Shown in pieces: positions 50,467 to 64,000 of a DNA stretch of 64,000 nucleotides (positions are counted from its first letter, which is position 1; each line of letters begins with the position of its first letter). A program made the position numbers and the translations under genes. The stretch covers positions 62,001 through 126,000 of the forward strand of contig JALDZX010000039.1 in assembly GCA_022813865.1 (NCBI GenBank). The letters run 5' to 3'. The stretch is from Xylographa opegraphella (taxonomy: Eukaryota). The notes under the pieces were generated by a model. The model searched no databases. It saw nothing but the letters and a program-made list of their open reading frames with translations, and was not told the DNA's origin.

Positions 50467-51476
50467 GGCCTCTACTCTCGATCTTGAGGTTGGAGGAATT
50501 ATGGATACCCCATTAGGATCAATCCTATAGCATACGCCAATTAGCTAACAGTATTTTCTAAATATGTCAAAAGACGACTGTACTCATTGGCACTGAATCC
50601 CAGAAGCTGCTTCTCATCCTCACTTCTTCTAGGTTTCCTAGAGGATGCGGAATATTGTGAAGAGTTGGATCCCACAGTAGCTTTGCTTGGACAAAGGTCA
50701 GCCACGAAGCTGACAAGGCTGCTGCAGACCAACCTGTGAATCGTAGATCCCAGCAACGAAGCTTGAACGCTTAAACCAGGATCCGGAATTTCTTGCTGTG
50801 TGTGTTTGCTTGAGTTAGTGACTTTCACCTTTCCAGACAGCGGATCTAGCCGAACATTGCCCGGAGATATGCCCTATCACCGGGCAAGTGACGCTGAAGA
50901 TACTTACAACATCACTTGACGTGACCGATGCGGACATATTTGTTCATAGTCGATAGTCATGAATCGAGATAATGTGCTATAGAGCCCAATGATGAAAGGA
51001 GGGGGAAGTGTTGTGAAGCATGAAAGGCAGTTAATCTCAATTTCGCGCCTGGAGTAAGAGTTCAAGCTGTCACGTGTCGGTCCCGTGCATGAACATGTTG
51101 TTACCCTAATGATGACCCAATGTTTGCGACTAATAGGGTTAGATATGCAGTATACGGCGCGGACTTGAAGTCGGAAAAGACTATGAATGGGTCATCGCAC
51201 TTGAGGCTTGTCACCTGGAAATCAAGTTGCATTGTATGAGGGAGTGGGCATGGCTATTTTTTGAACATTGAAATCATGTGAGACAACCGTCTCCTGAAAT
51301 GCCTTGATCATGGAGTACGCACTATCCTAGATGCGAATTTTACATATGACACAAGGCCACGAAGATGCTTACAAGTCACGTAATCAGAAGACGCGCCCAG
51401 CAGGCAATGCCAATACAATCCGCCGGTTCCAGTCGTCAAGTATCGTACATATAACATTGAAGCTCTCCCAGAAAGA

Positions 51477-52613
51477 TCACGAATTCCGGGTTCTTTCCGG
51501 AGTGAGTTCCTCCGCTAGGGTATCACGACGCTTCCCAGAGTGGAGACCCGAGCCTATCCCCTTGTCCTGGCGTGCATGATCAATAGCCGAGCGCTGAGCG
51601 ATGCTATCATCATGGCTCTTCCAGACGATTATAGTGTCCTGTGGGAAGGCCAAAAGACGCTTGATGGTCTCGCTGAACACTCATAAGCGTATATTCATGG
51701 AAATTGTGCATCCACTTACCGTATCTTTATGTTCCTTCCGCCATCGATTCGTGTCCAGACACTAAGTACATCCTCACCACTTCTGACGCTGAGTACTGCC
51801 CCACAGACCTCCTCACCAGCTTCAGCGAATTGATCGCCCACAATGGCAAGAAGTAGATCCTCCCAGTATCGGTCTGCTACCCCCTTCTTTAGTCTAACAA
51901 TCCACTTGCCACCTCGTTTGTTTTCCTCATCTTCCCAGACAGGTCGAATGCCTTTCTTGAAGATGTGGTAGTCGGAAACCGAGGGCAGCGCTGAAGGTCG
52001 CTTCAGGTGTGTATAGACGATCCAAAAGGCCTCGACGGTAGAGAAAGATGCCAAAGCAATAGTAGACTTTTCGTAATCGGAGTATTTCGAGGTTGGGGGT
52101 CGGTACCAAACAACCCAGGTAGACTTTATAGGATGTTCGGGGTTCGTAGAGGATGACTTGCTCGCAAGTGACGAGACCGAGGCCTTCGGCTTGACGGTTG
52201 TGTCCTTGTGGTTCTCTTTCTCCTGTTTCTCACTGGGGAGATGTGGAGAGTCCAAGTTTGTGCCTGGGGTCTTGGGCACCTTGTTTGAAGTACCGAAAGA
52301 CGCAAAGGCACCAGACCCTAGCCCAAACGCTGAAGAGGCACCTGCTGTCGGGGAAGCAACGGCGGCACCGGAGGAGGATGTTATGGAATTGAAGGGATTG
52401 GACTTGCCCCCGTGAGCCGATGTGTCGCCTCCGAAGCGCTTTGTGGCGGAAAAGGTCCGGGGAGAGTCGGATTTGGAGTTGTCCCGGGTACCGTTAGGGC
52501 TCGAGGTGGACAACGAGAGCTTGCTAGAGCTTGATGTACGAGGTCAGTCAACCCTAATTAGGGCAACGGATGGAAGTCTCTCACTTCGATCGACGCTGCC
52601 ATAGATTATCCAT
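51477..52613 (-). CDS. Translation initiation factor eIF4E-family protein
   Basis: MDNLWQRRS, HPIKSTWVVWYR, FSTVEAFW, DYHIFKKGIRPVWED..NKRGGKW, WEDLLLAIVG, CGAVLSVR, IR|ETIKRLL..WKSHDDS; two introns. Confidence 0.93.
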
Positions 52614-53749
52614 TGACAGTAGTGGGCAGGATTGGCGTTATGAAAAGGCTTCACGAAATTGAACGTGCATAAATTCTCACAAGGATTTGCGGGGAAGTAG
52701 CGCAAATTTAATGGCGAACGGATTAGGTGTAAGTTAAAGAAGGTGATCGTCGAATATGGGTCTCATGGAGATATTCTGTAAATCTGTATCCAGAGTATGT
52801 AGTATAATTGAGAGTGCGGGCAAAGGTATTTCGGGAATGGGCGATAAATGACGGTATTTCAGGAACACAAGCACTCCTGGTATTGTGCTTTGTAGCGCGG
52901 CTAGGATAAAGAGACGCCATTAGTGCCGATAAACAAACGCCATTAGTGCTGACAAACAAGCGCCGCTAGTGCCTTTCCCCGTCACATCACATCACATCCC
53001 GCAAAATTTCCTGTGCTCTACACCAAGACCACCAACTCAAATCACCGTCAGCTTGTAGACAACCCCCCCGTTGAGCTGTCGGTTCCGATGCGTCGGTCGA
53101 GAATACGCTCCTTCCGTTTCTAAAACCGTCATCACGAGGGCCTCATTTGATGGCAACCCATGATGCGGTGACGACCTGAATATCGGGACATTTCCAGTTC
53201 ATGCAAATACTCGACATGACTCAAATTCCTCCGTCTTACTCACGGTAAGTCACCCCCAAATCCCGCTGATCTCATCCGCCATATGAAGAAACCACTCAGC
53301 TCTGGTAAACCGAGAACCTCAGCCGCGTAATTACACTCTTGCATTCCTGCTTGGCGCTGGTTGAGCATGAGGTGCAAGGCAAAGACTGATGCCCCGTCAT
53401 CGCAGCTGTTTTATCCACTACTGTCATATAATTTGCTCCCGCTGACCACCCTTGTCTAGGTTTCCCATGACCCGACCCCGATTCCCAGTCTCGTGTATAC
53501 ATGATCTGCTGCAACTGTACCATGGAGGTCATGATCATAGGATCTGTAGCCGATAGTATCTGTGGAGCTCCTCCCATTATGGGGATACTCGTCAAGCTGT
53601 ACAGCAATCATAGTCACTAGCTCCATCAATGCATTCTCTTGATCTTCATCACAAAGTTGAACTTTAGCATCCATGATCCCCACTCCCCTCACGTAATCCA
53701 AAAGCCACGACCAACCCCCTTCCCCACTCCCCTCCTACCACCCCCTCCC

Positions 53750-54184
53750 TTACAACCCCCCCCTCCCCCACCTCACCCTCCCCCCCTCCCACCGCCCCGC
53801 ACACCTCACACAAACCACCCTCCAACACCCCCCCACGACACAGCACCTCACCTGCAACTCGCTCTTCAGCGCCCGACAGCCCTCGCAGCGGAAGCTACGA
53901 TCGGCAATCCCGAGCACCGCGCCCGAGGGCGCCGTTAGCGGCGGGATCGGCTCCAGGATGTGTCCGTCGATGAGGCAGTGGCGGCGGCGGGTGGGGGGGG
54001 GGGCGGGGGGTGTGGATGGTGGTGAAGGGGCGCGGGGTGTGGATGGCCAGGTGGGGTTGAGGGTGGAGCGGAGGGCGGAGAGGGGGTGGGAGAAAAGGGT
54101 GAGGGGTGTGGTGGTTGGGGTGGTGGGGTTGGTGGGATTGGTGGGATTGGTAGGTTTGGTGAGTTCGGTGGGTTCGGTGGACAT
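53750..54184 (-). CDS. Small hypothetical protein with a Pro/Thr-rich N-terminus and a Cys-rich C-terminal domain
   Basis: MSTEPTEL(TNP)n...RRRHCLIDGH...FRCEGC...RCCVVGGCWRVVCVRC; ATG in ATCATG context at 54184. Confidence 0.5.
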   Translation of the reverse strand: MSTEPTELTKPTNPTNPTNPTTPTTTPLTLFSHPLSALRSTLNPTWPSTPRAPSPPSTPPAPPPTRRRHCLIDGHILEPIPPLTAPSGAVLGIADRSFRCEGCRALKSELQVRCCVVGGCWRVVCVRCAGRWEGGRVRWGRGGL

Positions 54185-54725
54185 GATGAGCGGAGATCTG
54201 TGGGCGGGAAGTTGCAAGCTGGGTATTTTTTCTTTTTTTTTTGGCGCCGGCTGTGGTGGTGTGGTGTGGTGAGATGGTGGTCTCTCTCTCTGCCTTTCTT
54301 CCTTTCTTTCTTGCTTGCTTGCAGGGAGCCTAAGCAGAGGGAGGAGAAAGACAGTTAGAGGCCTCTTCTGCTGAGTTTGTAGGTTTTGGAGAATCTTAGT
54401 TTTGAGAATGCAGCTTTGTGGGATCTGGTTTGGACGAGGTTGAAACAAAGATCGTGAGAGTGAGAGGAATGGGGGAGAAGAAAAGACAGACGAGAGAAAG
54501 GGCAAACGAGCTAGCGGGTAGCGGTCAGACAGCAGGACGTGAAGGCAATTGTTGTGGGAATTCACTGGAGCGAAATCAACGCCGGTTCGGAATTGCGAAG
54601 CCGGGCCCCTGAGTTGACCTCACTGGCACTCACTACCTATGGATCTAAACTACCTCGCTATGCGCACAATAGGACCGCGAGTCTCGTTCCCCGTCATCAG
54701 CATGCCAAAAGGGCAGGAGAGAAAA

Positions 54726-57700
54726 TCACAAAACCTTGTCATCAGCGTACATAGTCCCATCCCTCAACTGGTGGATACTGTTCATATCCGCCCCGCCATC
54801 GGTGTACTTGGTCCCGTCTCGCAGCTCGTGCACAACCTCGGACATTCGTTTCTCTTTCTTCTTCCCCTTCGGTCTGCCCCTGTTGCTTGGTTCGGGCTGC
54901 GGGACGCTGCTCAGGAGCTGACTTTGAACCTCGGAGCTGAGACTATGCCACCATTCGGTCAAGGTCTCGGCAAAGCCAGCCTCCTCGTCTCCAAATTCGA
55001 CGTGTGGACCATGGATCTGCACGTCTGTGTCCTTACGGAATACCGCCCATGCACTGTATTCGGTGCTAAGCAGCATCGGTTCATGCTTTTGCATCTGCAC
55101 CTTGAAGTTTCGGAGTAGGAGGGCGTCGCCGGTTTGGAGAACAGGCAATGCTTGTTTGTAAGGCCGAAAGATTTGTGCTGTGGTATAAGAAGGGATACTG
55201 TCGCCTAAGGATGAAGAAGAATCCGTTATATAGACAGTCTGATTGTAGTCACGAGGACCTTTGATTGCTCGCGAAGCTTTGGTGCTTGATACAACAGTAG
55301 CAAGGACATCAACTGTGGAGTTGTAATGCTGCTCAATCGTGGACAAGGGTGCAAAGTATGAAAACTGAGTACGGAACCCTAGCTGGGATGCCTGGCGAAG
55401 TGTTTCATCCGTGGAATGCTTAGACTGATCTCCCGCAACGTTAGTCGAATCGGAGACATCATGTTGAGAAGGACGCTTTTGTGACTTTGCGTCTGTGTGC
55501 TCGTCATAGTCCACCGAGCTTTCAATCCTTTCGCTTTCGGGGGTTGAGCTTCGGTCTTCTTTCTGAAGGCTCTGTTTACTTGCTCCAGCATCAGACCATA
55601 GTTCAGTATGTCCCGAAATATCATCATTGCCAGACTTCGCGGTCCTGACTTCAGACGAAGGACCTAAATTCCTCAGTATCCCTACCAAGGGACGCGAAGC
55701 GGCGGTAGTGATCGGTAGAGGTAGCGATGCAGTGTCATCTTCAACCAGATGATCCACATTTCCATTGCTTATTTCATCGTCGAAGTCTAGGTCTACTTGA
55801 GACTTCATTTCATCATCATCGTCTTCTTCTTGTTGTGGTTCAGCATTCTGGGTTGCCATGGGAGTGATAAGCTGCTCCCCGAGCGGTGTATTAAGATCCC
55901 CCGGGACAGAGTCGTAATCAGGCAAGCTGAATGATGATGTCGGATTCACAATCACGCCCTCAGATGGCCCATGACGACCCACTAATGTCCCTTCAGGGTA
56001 TAGTACGGATAATCCTGACGGTTGTGGAGTGAAAGGGAATGGAATTTTCTCTTGTGGACCATCCGAATAATCCTGATGGACCATACGGTCGTCTGGGGGA
56101 CTTGAAGGGTTTTCTGGCGGTAATTGTAGTGATTCGTCCATCGTAATACCCTCTTGTAATTCGGCTTGCTGAATTGCATTCCTGGCAAGTGCTGAGTAAG
56201 ATGAATTATCAGGTTGACCTTCACGGCCGTCATCAGCCATGAATCTTATTGACTCCGCTATGGACACAACTTCCTCTGCATCAGATGAGGATATCTCCTC
56301 GGGTACTGTAGTTGAAGATATAATAGAGCTGTGTACGTCGATATGGCGTTTGTCTCCAAGATTTGTTAATTTCCCATCCACATCGGAACCTAATTCTTCA
56401 TCATTCCCATCTGTCCGATCGTGCTCATTTAGAGATGTAGCTGCTCTAGCGAATTTCGTAGCTTGGTCGATTTTTAATGGGACCGATATGTCAATTGCCT
56501 TGTTCGATGTTTCCTCAGGATATCGTGATAGATTCATTGGCATTTCGTCTTCCAGGTCCTCGATGACTAAATCCTCGTCCGTTTCAGCAACAACTACCTC
56601 ATCTATGTGTACATGTTCCTCTCCGGTTTCAGATATTGTCGGTTTGACAAGTGAGAAAGCTTCAGCACTGTCAGAACGCCGCGAACTATCGGGCTGCTCT
56701 TTTAGTAATTCATCAGAAGAGATTGATATACTGATCTGGTCATCGTTTCCTGATTTGACAAGTTCCATGTCCTCATTTGAGTCGTGCTCTATTCCTTGTT
56801 CCCCGGCAGTGTGATCATGCTCGGCTATGGAATCTGATGCGTCGACAAATGACATAAAATGATCCTGAACGGGAGGTTGTGATCCTTCGCATTCCTCTAA
56901 ATCTTCATTTGGTGGTAGCGTAAGATATTCAAGTTTGCTCTTTTGGCTGTGGGCTTCGGCATGTTCGATTTCAGCAGCTTCATCAGACTCAGACTCAAAC
57001 TCAGACTCTCTTTCGCTTTCCTCTTCTCCGTCCAGATGTTCGGACCCAGATCTTGTGACTTGGGCAACTGAAGCTACCGAATCATTACCAGGTTCGTAAG
57101 ATTCTTCAGAGCCCTCGGATCCTTTGCTCAACACTTTAGCAGGATATTCCAGTAAGTCAACCCGCTCGTCATCAGTATTCACCGATTCGTCGTCCTCCTC
57201 ATCAAGCACGGCCTCTACTTGATCATCTCCACTATCAATATCGACAACCTCGATGTTTTTACCCTCTTTATCAAGAGCTGTGGCGCCGACATCAACGGAG
57301 TCTTCACAACGGACTTCAACCAGCGAATCCACAGTATACTCTCTTTCGCCTGCTTCTCCATCGAAGTAGTCGGCCTCTTCCTCTGTCCTGACAGAAGAAG
57401 CTTTGTCTACTTCGTGATCGTTATCCGAATCATTGCTTTTGTCCTCTAGTACTGAGACAGTTCCCCGCATATCCAGTATGGCGGCGGCATCTTGGATTCC
57501 GCTTCCCGACAATTCATCTGAACGAGCACCGGTACCGAGGATCCCGGGTGCACTCGTCAATCCTCCGTCCAAAATAGTAGCATTGAGAGGAGAAGTAACG
57601 CGGGTGTCTTCATCCACTTTGAATCCGCGCAAATCCAGATTTTCATGATCCTTAGTTTCGAGAGATATTTGTTGCTCTTGGTCAACCTCATCGTTAACTT

Positions 57701-58914
57701 TAGCGTTTTGCTCTTCGTATGCATTGAACTGCAAGGAAAGCGCTTCCTCTGATCCGTCAGCTTCTACTGGTTGTTTGGAGGCCTCATCATTGCCGCTTGC
57801 AGACAAAGCGATGCCGCCGATGTCTAGTTTGTTCTGCTCGCTGTCCTCGCGGAGAGGCACATTTTCCGCCCCGCCACGCTCGAGCAACAGATTTCCTGTA
57901 GGGAGCCCAGAAAACGCAGGCGGAATACCGTTAGCGTTTTGCCGTGTATCACTATAATCAACAGTTGCGATTGCCGTCGGTGGTTCGATGTGGCCTCGGT
58001 TGTCTGGCGAGCCAGGATGCTGTGTGACTACCACATCATTGATGGTTTCCGACAAGTCGGTATTCCGTACGGAGGCAGAATGTACACCATTGAGGATCAC
58101 CTGTTCCTCATCTCCATGTTTCTGCACTGACTGATTCCTGGACTCAGAATCCTCCGGCTCTGACTCCACCTCGGGGCTTGGGGTACGCTCCAAGAACGTC
58201 CATTGATCACTACGACGCCCAAACCTTGCTTTCTTCCTGGGACGGTCATCCTCATCTTCGCCGTCACCGATGAACGGGTCGCACACGGCATCGAAGAATG
58301 ATGTTTCCGCTAAGCTCTTTCTCTTTAGGAACGCTGGTGACGACCATGTCTTCGCGGCATCCTGTGACTCGTTTGTGATGTGTAAAGGTAATGGATACCT
58401 GCTTTCTAGTGGAGACTGAGGAGGAGTCCGTACCACATCCTGCGGAGCTAGGATTGGGCTGCTTGAGTCCACTTTGACAAGAAATGGTTCTCTAGCTTCT
58501 TGGGAGATCTGAGGAATTTGTCAGCGGATGATGCTGTGTCGTTGATACCGGTATTACCTGAAGAGTCAAGCTTTGTCCATACTGCAGCTGCCAGCGTGTG
58601 CCTCTGCCCAACGCTGTCCCACCTGTACCTTCGGGCAGCCAGACTGCAGCTGTCAGACGCACTGACAGTCTGTCGCCACCGGTCAAACCAGACTTCGCGA
58701 TGGCCTGGGCACTTGCGCCTGTGAAGGATATTCGGACCTGGCCGCCATTCGGCCGCAGCCGGAAGTCTGGCTCCACCAGAAGGATGCTGGTCGATCGATC
58801 GGATGACGAATAGGGCCAGATCAGAGTCACCAGGCCTTCGACAAAGGCGTCGGATGAATCAAGGGATGGCTGGAGTTGCGCGATAGGCACCCGCGCGTCG
58901 GGAGGAAAGTTCAT
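54726..58914 (-). CDS. POT1/Cdc13-like OB-fold (telomere ssDNA-binding domain) protein with a long acidic linker
   Basis: N-terminal OB fold (GLVTLIWPYSSS...LLVEPDFRLR..GQVRISFTGASA), intron 58509-58557, C-terminal OB fold (YFAPLS...VDVLATV...GPRDY...ITDSS..AQIFRPYKQALP..GDALLLRNFKV). Confidence 0.75.
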
Positions 58915-61574
58915 GAGGGGGATGGGATACCTTGCCTCAAGGTTCCGGCATCTGTGCTACTGAAGAACGTGACATGACACGTTGGCTGAGCCAGCAAAGG
59001 AGTGCAGTAAGATACCACCTCAATCAGTGGCTAGGACCTGGACCACGACTCAGGTGCTGGTGTCGGCCGCGCAAAGACAACTTACTTTCCCTTGCTGGAG
59101 TTCAGGCTCCATACTTTCCCCGTCGGACTTTCTTTCGCTTGAGTGGTAGTGGTTTAAACCACTCGATGCTGGAGAAGCAGCCAATCACGGAAGGCGGCTG
59201 CCGTCGTCTGATCCGCACACGAAGCGACCAGGGTCCAGCTGGGCACTTATGCACGACTTATGCAGTCATGGCTCAGCACGAACTGACCGCAACGGCCATC
59301 ATCAGACTCAACCCAATTATATGGAGGTATTCAAGAACTGGGCCCCCGAAACGACAGATTATTGTCTTGCCGTACAGACGCCAAAAAGGATTGCCCATCA
59401 GCTGATTCAGCCATGCATGAGGTCCTGGGACAGTCCGATACGAAGAATGCGATGCGACCATCCATCCACGCCCCGCGTCGTTGCACGGCAGCCATCAAGC
59501 ACGCTCCATCGCTCGACGCTCGTGCAGTTCTAGAACTCAATCTGCTGTTGCCCATCGCCAAAACTGTCCGAACGGGGAACATTTTGACGAGAGCTGAGCT
59601 GCACCTTCTGTTCCACTCCGTTTCAAATGGCATTCAAGGGGCTCATTGACTCAGTCTCTGGGCGGTATACCGCAAGCCCGCAACGATACGGGCAAGATCC
59701 GTCAAGAAAGACGTGTGGAACAAGGCAATTCGGCGCGATATCAGACCGCATGAGAAGGAATGGGACTGATGCAGCTGACTCAGCAGGCGAATACGCGCAT
59801 TGGCCGAAATTAAGGTTACTTTCTGCTCTGACGTCTCACTTCGCCCTTCTCAGGTAAGGTAGGGAGGGAGGAATGAATGGTCGAGCCTCTGGAACTCGGC
59901 ACTGTGCAGCATTGACCCCCTAACGCAAGGCTTGCACACCTTTCATTGTTTCTCTGTTTCCTCTTGTTTTTTCTCCTTCTCCATCCGTGTCCCGCCGCCG
60001 TGGTTGCAGCGTGGGAGGGAGATGAAGAGGTTCAGGGGCTGGCCCGTGAAAAAGAGCCCCGCCTACGAGCCGGAGTCGCTAACTTTTCTTAGTGCATCTT
60101 CCGCGAATGCCCCCCACCAAGCTGCTGCCGCTGACTGCTACGTAAAGGTGGTCGACTAAGTACGTAGATACGCAGAAGCCACCCAGCAAGACCACCCTTG
60201 CTCGTGCCATGGCATGATTATTATTAGGACGCCTGAGCGGAGAAACAGTACCGTTTCGACTCCTTCTCCCTATCACGCCGTCAGCACGCCACAACGGCCC
60301 ACAAGCCGCGTCCGCAAATCCAGAAAATCCCTCCACCAACCCCGGCTCCACTGCCACCGATACCGTGGGGATGGTGTGAACACCGCGATTGTGATGGAGC
60401 CCCCCGTTGCGCGCGTCGTGTGATTCCACTGTTGCTCCTCCAAACAATCCTGTCAATATTGGATAATACTATCGTTATTGGATTTTAGGTCGTCCTGACC
60501 AGAAAGTACGAGCGGCACCGTGAGGCGCAGCTGGGCCATGACCCCTTTTGCTATCGGCCCAAGGCCTGGATGTGTATCGCAGTCATGGACTCTACCTTAG
60601 GGACCTGATGATCACCAGAACTAAGAAACGGCTAGCAGCACAATTCCAAGATCTGAAGGTTGCGTCGGAGCCTGATGCGGGAACCAGGCGATTTGCTGCG
60701 GATATTTATCACGCAAGCTTGTGGTCGATGCTACCTAGAGAGCCCAGGCTAGCGAGAGGGCATTTGTACCCTCTCCAACAGATGCAAAGCTCAGCGACCT
60801 GCTTAAAGTTCGAGCCCTGCAGCTCGCTGGATGGACCTCCCCGGATTGCATCGTCCGTTGTTTGCGCGACGCTTGTGTCGTCTGCGGTCATGGTGGACCT
60901 GCACCGCGGTGCATATATTTCCCTGGCAATATGACTCGTCGATACTTTGGGGGATCGTGGAGAACCCCGTACGGTGCATGCAACCACTTGGCAAAGTTGA
61001 CCCACCTCCCTCCCTTGGGGGCTGGCAGAGCATTCTTGTCATCGAACACACCCACTTCCCCCCCCCTTCCTTGTGCCTTGTTGAGCCTCAGCGATACCCT
61101 GTCCAAACAACTGCGAGCGCCACGCCGCGCATCTGGTTCTGATCCACTTCGAGGTGGTCCGCTCAACTGGGACATGTGGAAATTGGGGGTTCTCCTGGTC
61201 TTTCACCGTGCTTGACCTTCGACCAGCGGGTCGTGTTTCGACGCGCTTAGTGCTCGCCCGTTTCGGGCAAGTATAGCAATGGGCCCGGCTCGACCGCTGA
61301 CGCTGCCACCTTCCACGCATCGTAGGGCTTGGGACTCACAGGAATACGAGGTTCAGCAAACAAAGAGGCCTCCTGAAGGCGCTTGGCTCGACACGCAATG
61401 GCGATTGTCAGGTGTTCCATCGTCGAGCTTAAAGATGCGGTGAACGGACCGTGTCTTTCCATCCTATCCATTCACTCGCCAGCCTCTTGGGCAATCCCAC
61501 CTTCGTTTACTCTTTTCTCCCTCGTGGAGTATATCACTTTCGTTCAATTTGTCACTTGCTGATTATTGTCAACA

Positions 61575-64000
61575 ATGGCACCTACATTCGTTAACACTGC
61601 CCTTCTCACGATCCTTTCTCTCTCTTCCGTATGTTACACTTCGGCGCGCCCCCACCCTTCTTGAACTGGTAGACTAATGAGATCTTGCCAATCAGTTCAC
61701 CTTCTCCAATGCCGACGGCCTCCACGATGGAGCTGCCTTGGAAGCTCGCGCGCTCCTACCCAAGCGGCAAGCCTTGGTCGAGCCGTCGAGCTACACCGGG
61801 AATTGGAAGTTCACAGGCTGCTATACGTACGGGATTGGACGTGTCCTTCCATCAGGGCCATCATCTGACATTTTGCTTCGTTCTCTAGTGAAGGCACCAA
61901 TGCTCGCGCTCTAAGTGGTGCCTCAACCACCTCGAACACCATGACTGATGAGTCTTGCATTTCATATTGTGGCGGGTTGAATTACTTCTACGCCGGGACC
62001 GAGTATTCGTCCGAATGTTGTAGGTTATTCATTGTCTCCTTCCTCTATGTCCTTTATACAGAAAGAACTCGTCATGTGCTCTCAGACTGCATGATGGTCT
62101 TCGGCTAAATCCGTCGTCGTTGTGTCGTGTCATGTCACTGACTTTTGCTCGTAGATTGCGGCAACTCTCTTGGAGGAGGCTCTGCGATGGCCACCTCAAC
62201 AGACTGTAACATGGCATGTTCCGGCAATTCGACCGAGGCCTGTGGAGGCCCTAATCGGCTGACTCTCTTTCAAAACGGTGGAACTGCTCCAGCTGGTCCT
62301 GTGCAAGATCCCGGCCCTCCAGGGTGGTCGTTACTTGGTTGCTACACGTAAGTTTACATCAATCGTCCTGCATCGTCTGTAGCATTCATATGTTCCCTGC
62401 TTGTTTCCCAGCATCTCCACACATTGTTCCGCCAAGACATTCTTCGTTATTACGTCGTTGAACGCCAAGAATCACGAAGCGAAAACTTTAAAATACATGC
62501 CGGTGCAGGTATCCCCCTGAATCACAAACCGTGAAGACTATCAATCTAGCTTTCTAGGAAATCTACATGTTGTGCTTTCATGCTGATCACGTTGGAAATA
62601 CAGGGACGGCGGTACTCGAACGCTCCCTGTAGGCATGTCTACGCCTGGTGGATCCGGAAGCTTGACCGTTGCATTATGCACTACTGCTTGCAAGAACTCC
62701 GGCTACACTTATGCTGGCGTCGAGTATGCCGGTGAATGCTACTGCGGAAATGCAATTGCAAGTGGCGGCCCGGCTGCGGATGGTTTCTCGGGCTGCAATA
62801 TGCTTTGCAATGGGAACTCATCTGAGTATTGCGGTGGACCGAATAGACTCGATCTGTACAAACTCGGTGCTGCGGCTACTTCGTCCACGGCCACTTCTGC
62901 TCCGACTGTTCCACCAGGCAATCCTGTACCTCCTGCATCGACCACTACCAGCCCCGTAGCAACCGGTACAGGTTCCGCAACAGGGCTTCCTACCGGTTGG
63001 TCATATCAAGGTTGTTACGTCGACGGTGCCAACGGACGCATCATTGCCAACCAGGAGCCCGATAGCCAATCAAACACCATCGAAACGTGTGTTTCCACAT
63101 GTGTGGGTCTCGGGTACTCGGTTGCGGGTATGGAATACGGGGTGCAGTGCTTCTGTGGTAACAAACTTGTCAACGGTGGAGTACTTGCACCCGCAGATAC
63201 CGACTGTAATGTTGCATGTGCCGGCAATTCGAAGGAAATGTGTGGTGGTGGGAACAGAATGAGCATATACTCAAAGGGGCCAGTTCAAGTTCAACAAGCA
63301 CCTGGTCCTCAGAAGACAGGCTTGCCCGGCTCCTGGACATACTCGGGATGCGTCACGTAAGTTCACCTACCTCCTCGCTCATGTTGAATCAGCTGAGCAC
63401 CGATCACTAACGAGTGCAGAGAAAATGCCACGCAACGGGTTTTCAAGTACCAAATCATTAATACCAACAATAACACTGCAACGAATTGCCTCACCCAATG
63501 TTCAAACTTCGGGTTTGGTGCTGGCGGTATGGAGTATGGCGAGGAATGCTGTATGTGTAGTGCTTTGCCTCAATACGCTGTTTCTATTGCTGACCTCAAT
63601 GATTAGATTGTGGTGATTCCCGCGATCTTATAGCTGCTGGATCTACAGTCCAACCTGATGCATCTTGCAATGTACCTTGCTCTGGCGACTCCTCATACCT
63701 TTGTGGTGGAGGCAATCTGATCAGTTATTACACATGGACTGGTGCTAACCTCCAAACCTGGAATTACCCCACTGGCAACGCTGCGGGTCAATACGAACAA
63801 CTGGTTGGCGGTGTCTGCATTCCTCTTCTTACCACGTCAAGTGTAAATGGAAAGTACACATTCGTGGAAAAGTTCGGTACAGGCGAAGCAAACTCGACTG
63901 GTGCATACGAGCTGGATCTTGCCGAGATCAATAATCCTGCTGCACTTTGGCGGACCATGCACGTCAAGACCGATGTGTTCTGTTCGGCAAGTATCACAAT
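61575..64000 (+). CDS. Secreted multi-WSC-domain copper radical oxidase (glyoxal oxidase-like, AA5), 3'-truncated by the window
   Basis: Signal peptide MAPTFVNTALLTILSLSS. Repeated WSC units (W...GCY..AG.EY..EC.CG..CNM.C.GN..E.CGG.NR) across several exons. Start of the oxidase domain NSTGAYELDL..WRTMHVKTDVFCSA. Confidence 0.9.

Noticed and set aside
58932..61500. Many short ORFs between the POT1-like and WSC genes
   Set aside because: Overlapping on both strands with no recognisable domains; likely a long divergent promoter/UTR region.

Overview
Gene-dense, intron-containing DNA from a filamentous ascomycete (Pezizomycotina-type GT..CTRAC/CTAAC..YAG introns, mostly about 50-60 nt). Conserved housekeeping genes flank the window. 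The 3' end of TRA1 is on the left; a Nudix hydrolase, a Ulp-family SUMO protease, an eIF4E-family protein, a POT1-like OB-fold protein and a multi-WSC copper radical oxidase are on the right. Between about 3 and 44 kb, ordinary metabolic genes (Zn2Cys6 TF, YjbQ, NmrA, amidohydrolase, ABCC transporter) are mixed with accessory genes resembling fungal innate-immunity or cell-death components. The highlight is a head-to-head pair of a helical-repeat+CHAT (caspase-like) protease gene and a gasdermin-like gene (38.0-43.1 kb). Each carries a single in-frame stop, and a 12-bp tandem repeat lies between them. A second candidate module (6.2-11.1 kb) has three co-oriented genes: a membrane-anchored caspase-like protease, a small SH3-like protein and a DUF6594-like membrane protein. 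Also present are an orphan HeLo-like-N protein, two disrupted paralogs of an uncharacterised membrane family, an SRPK-like kinase and a spliced 8-Cys small secreted peptide missed by the ORF track. All family assignments come from motif recognition by eye; no database searches were run.
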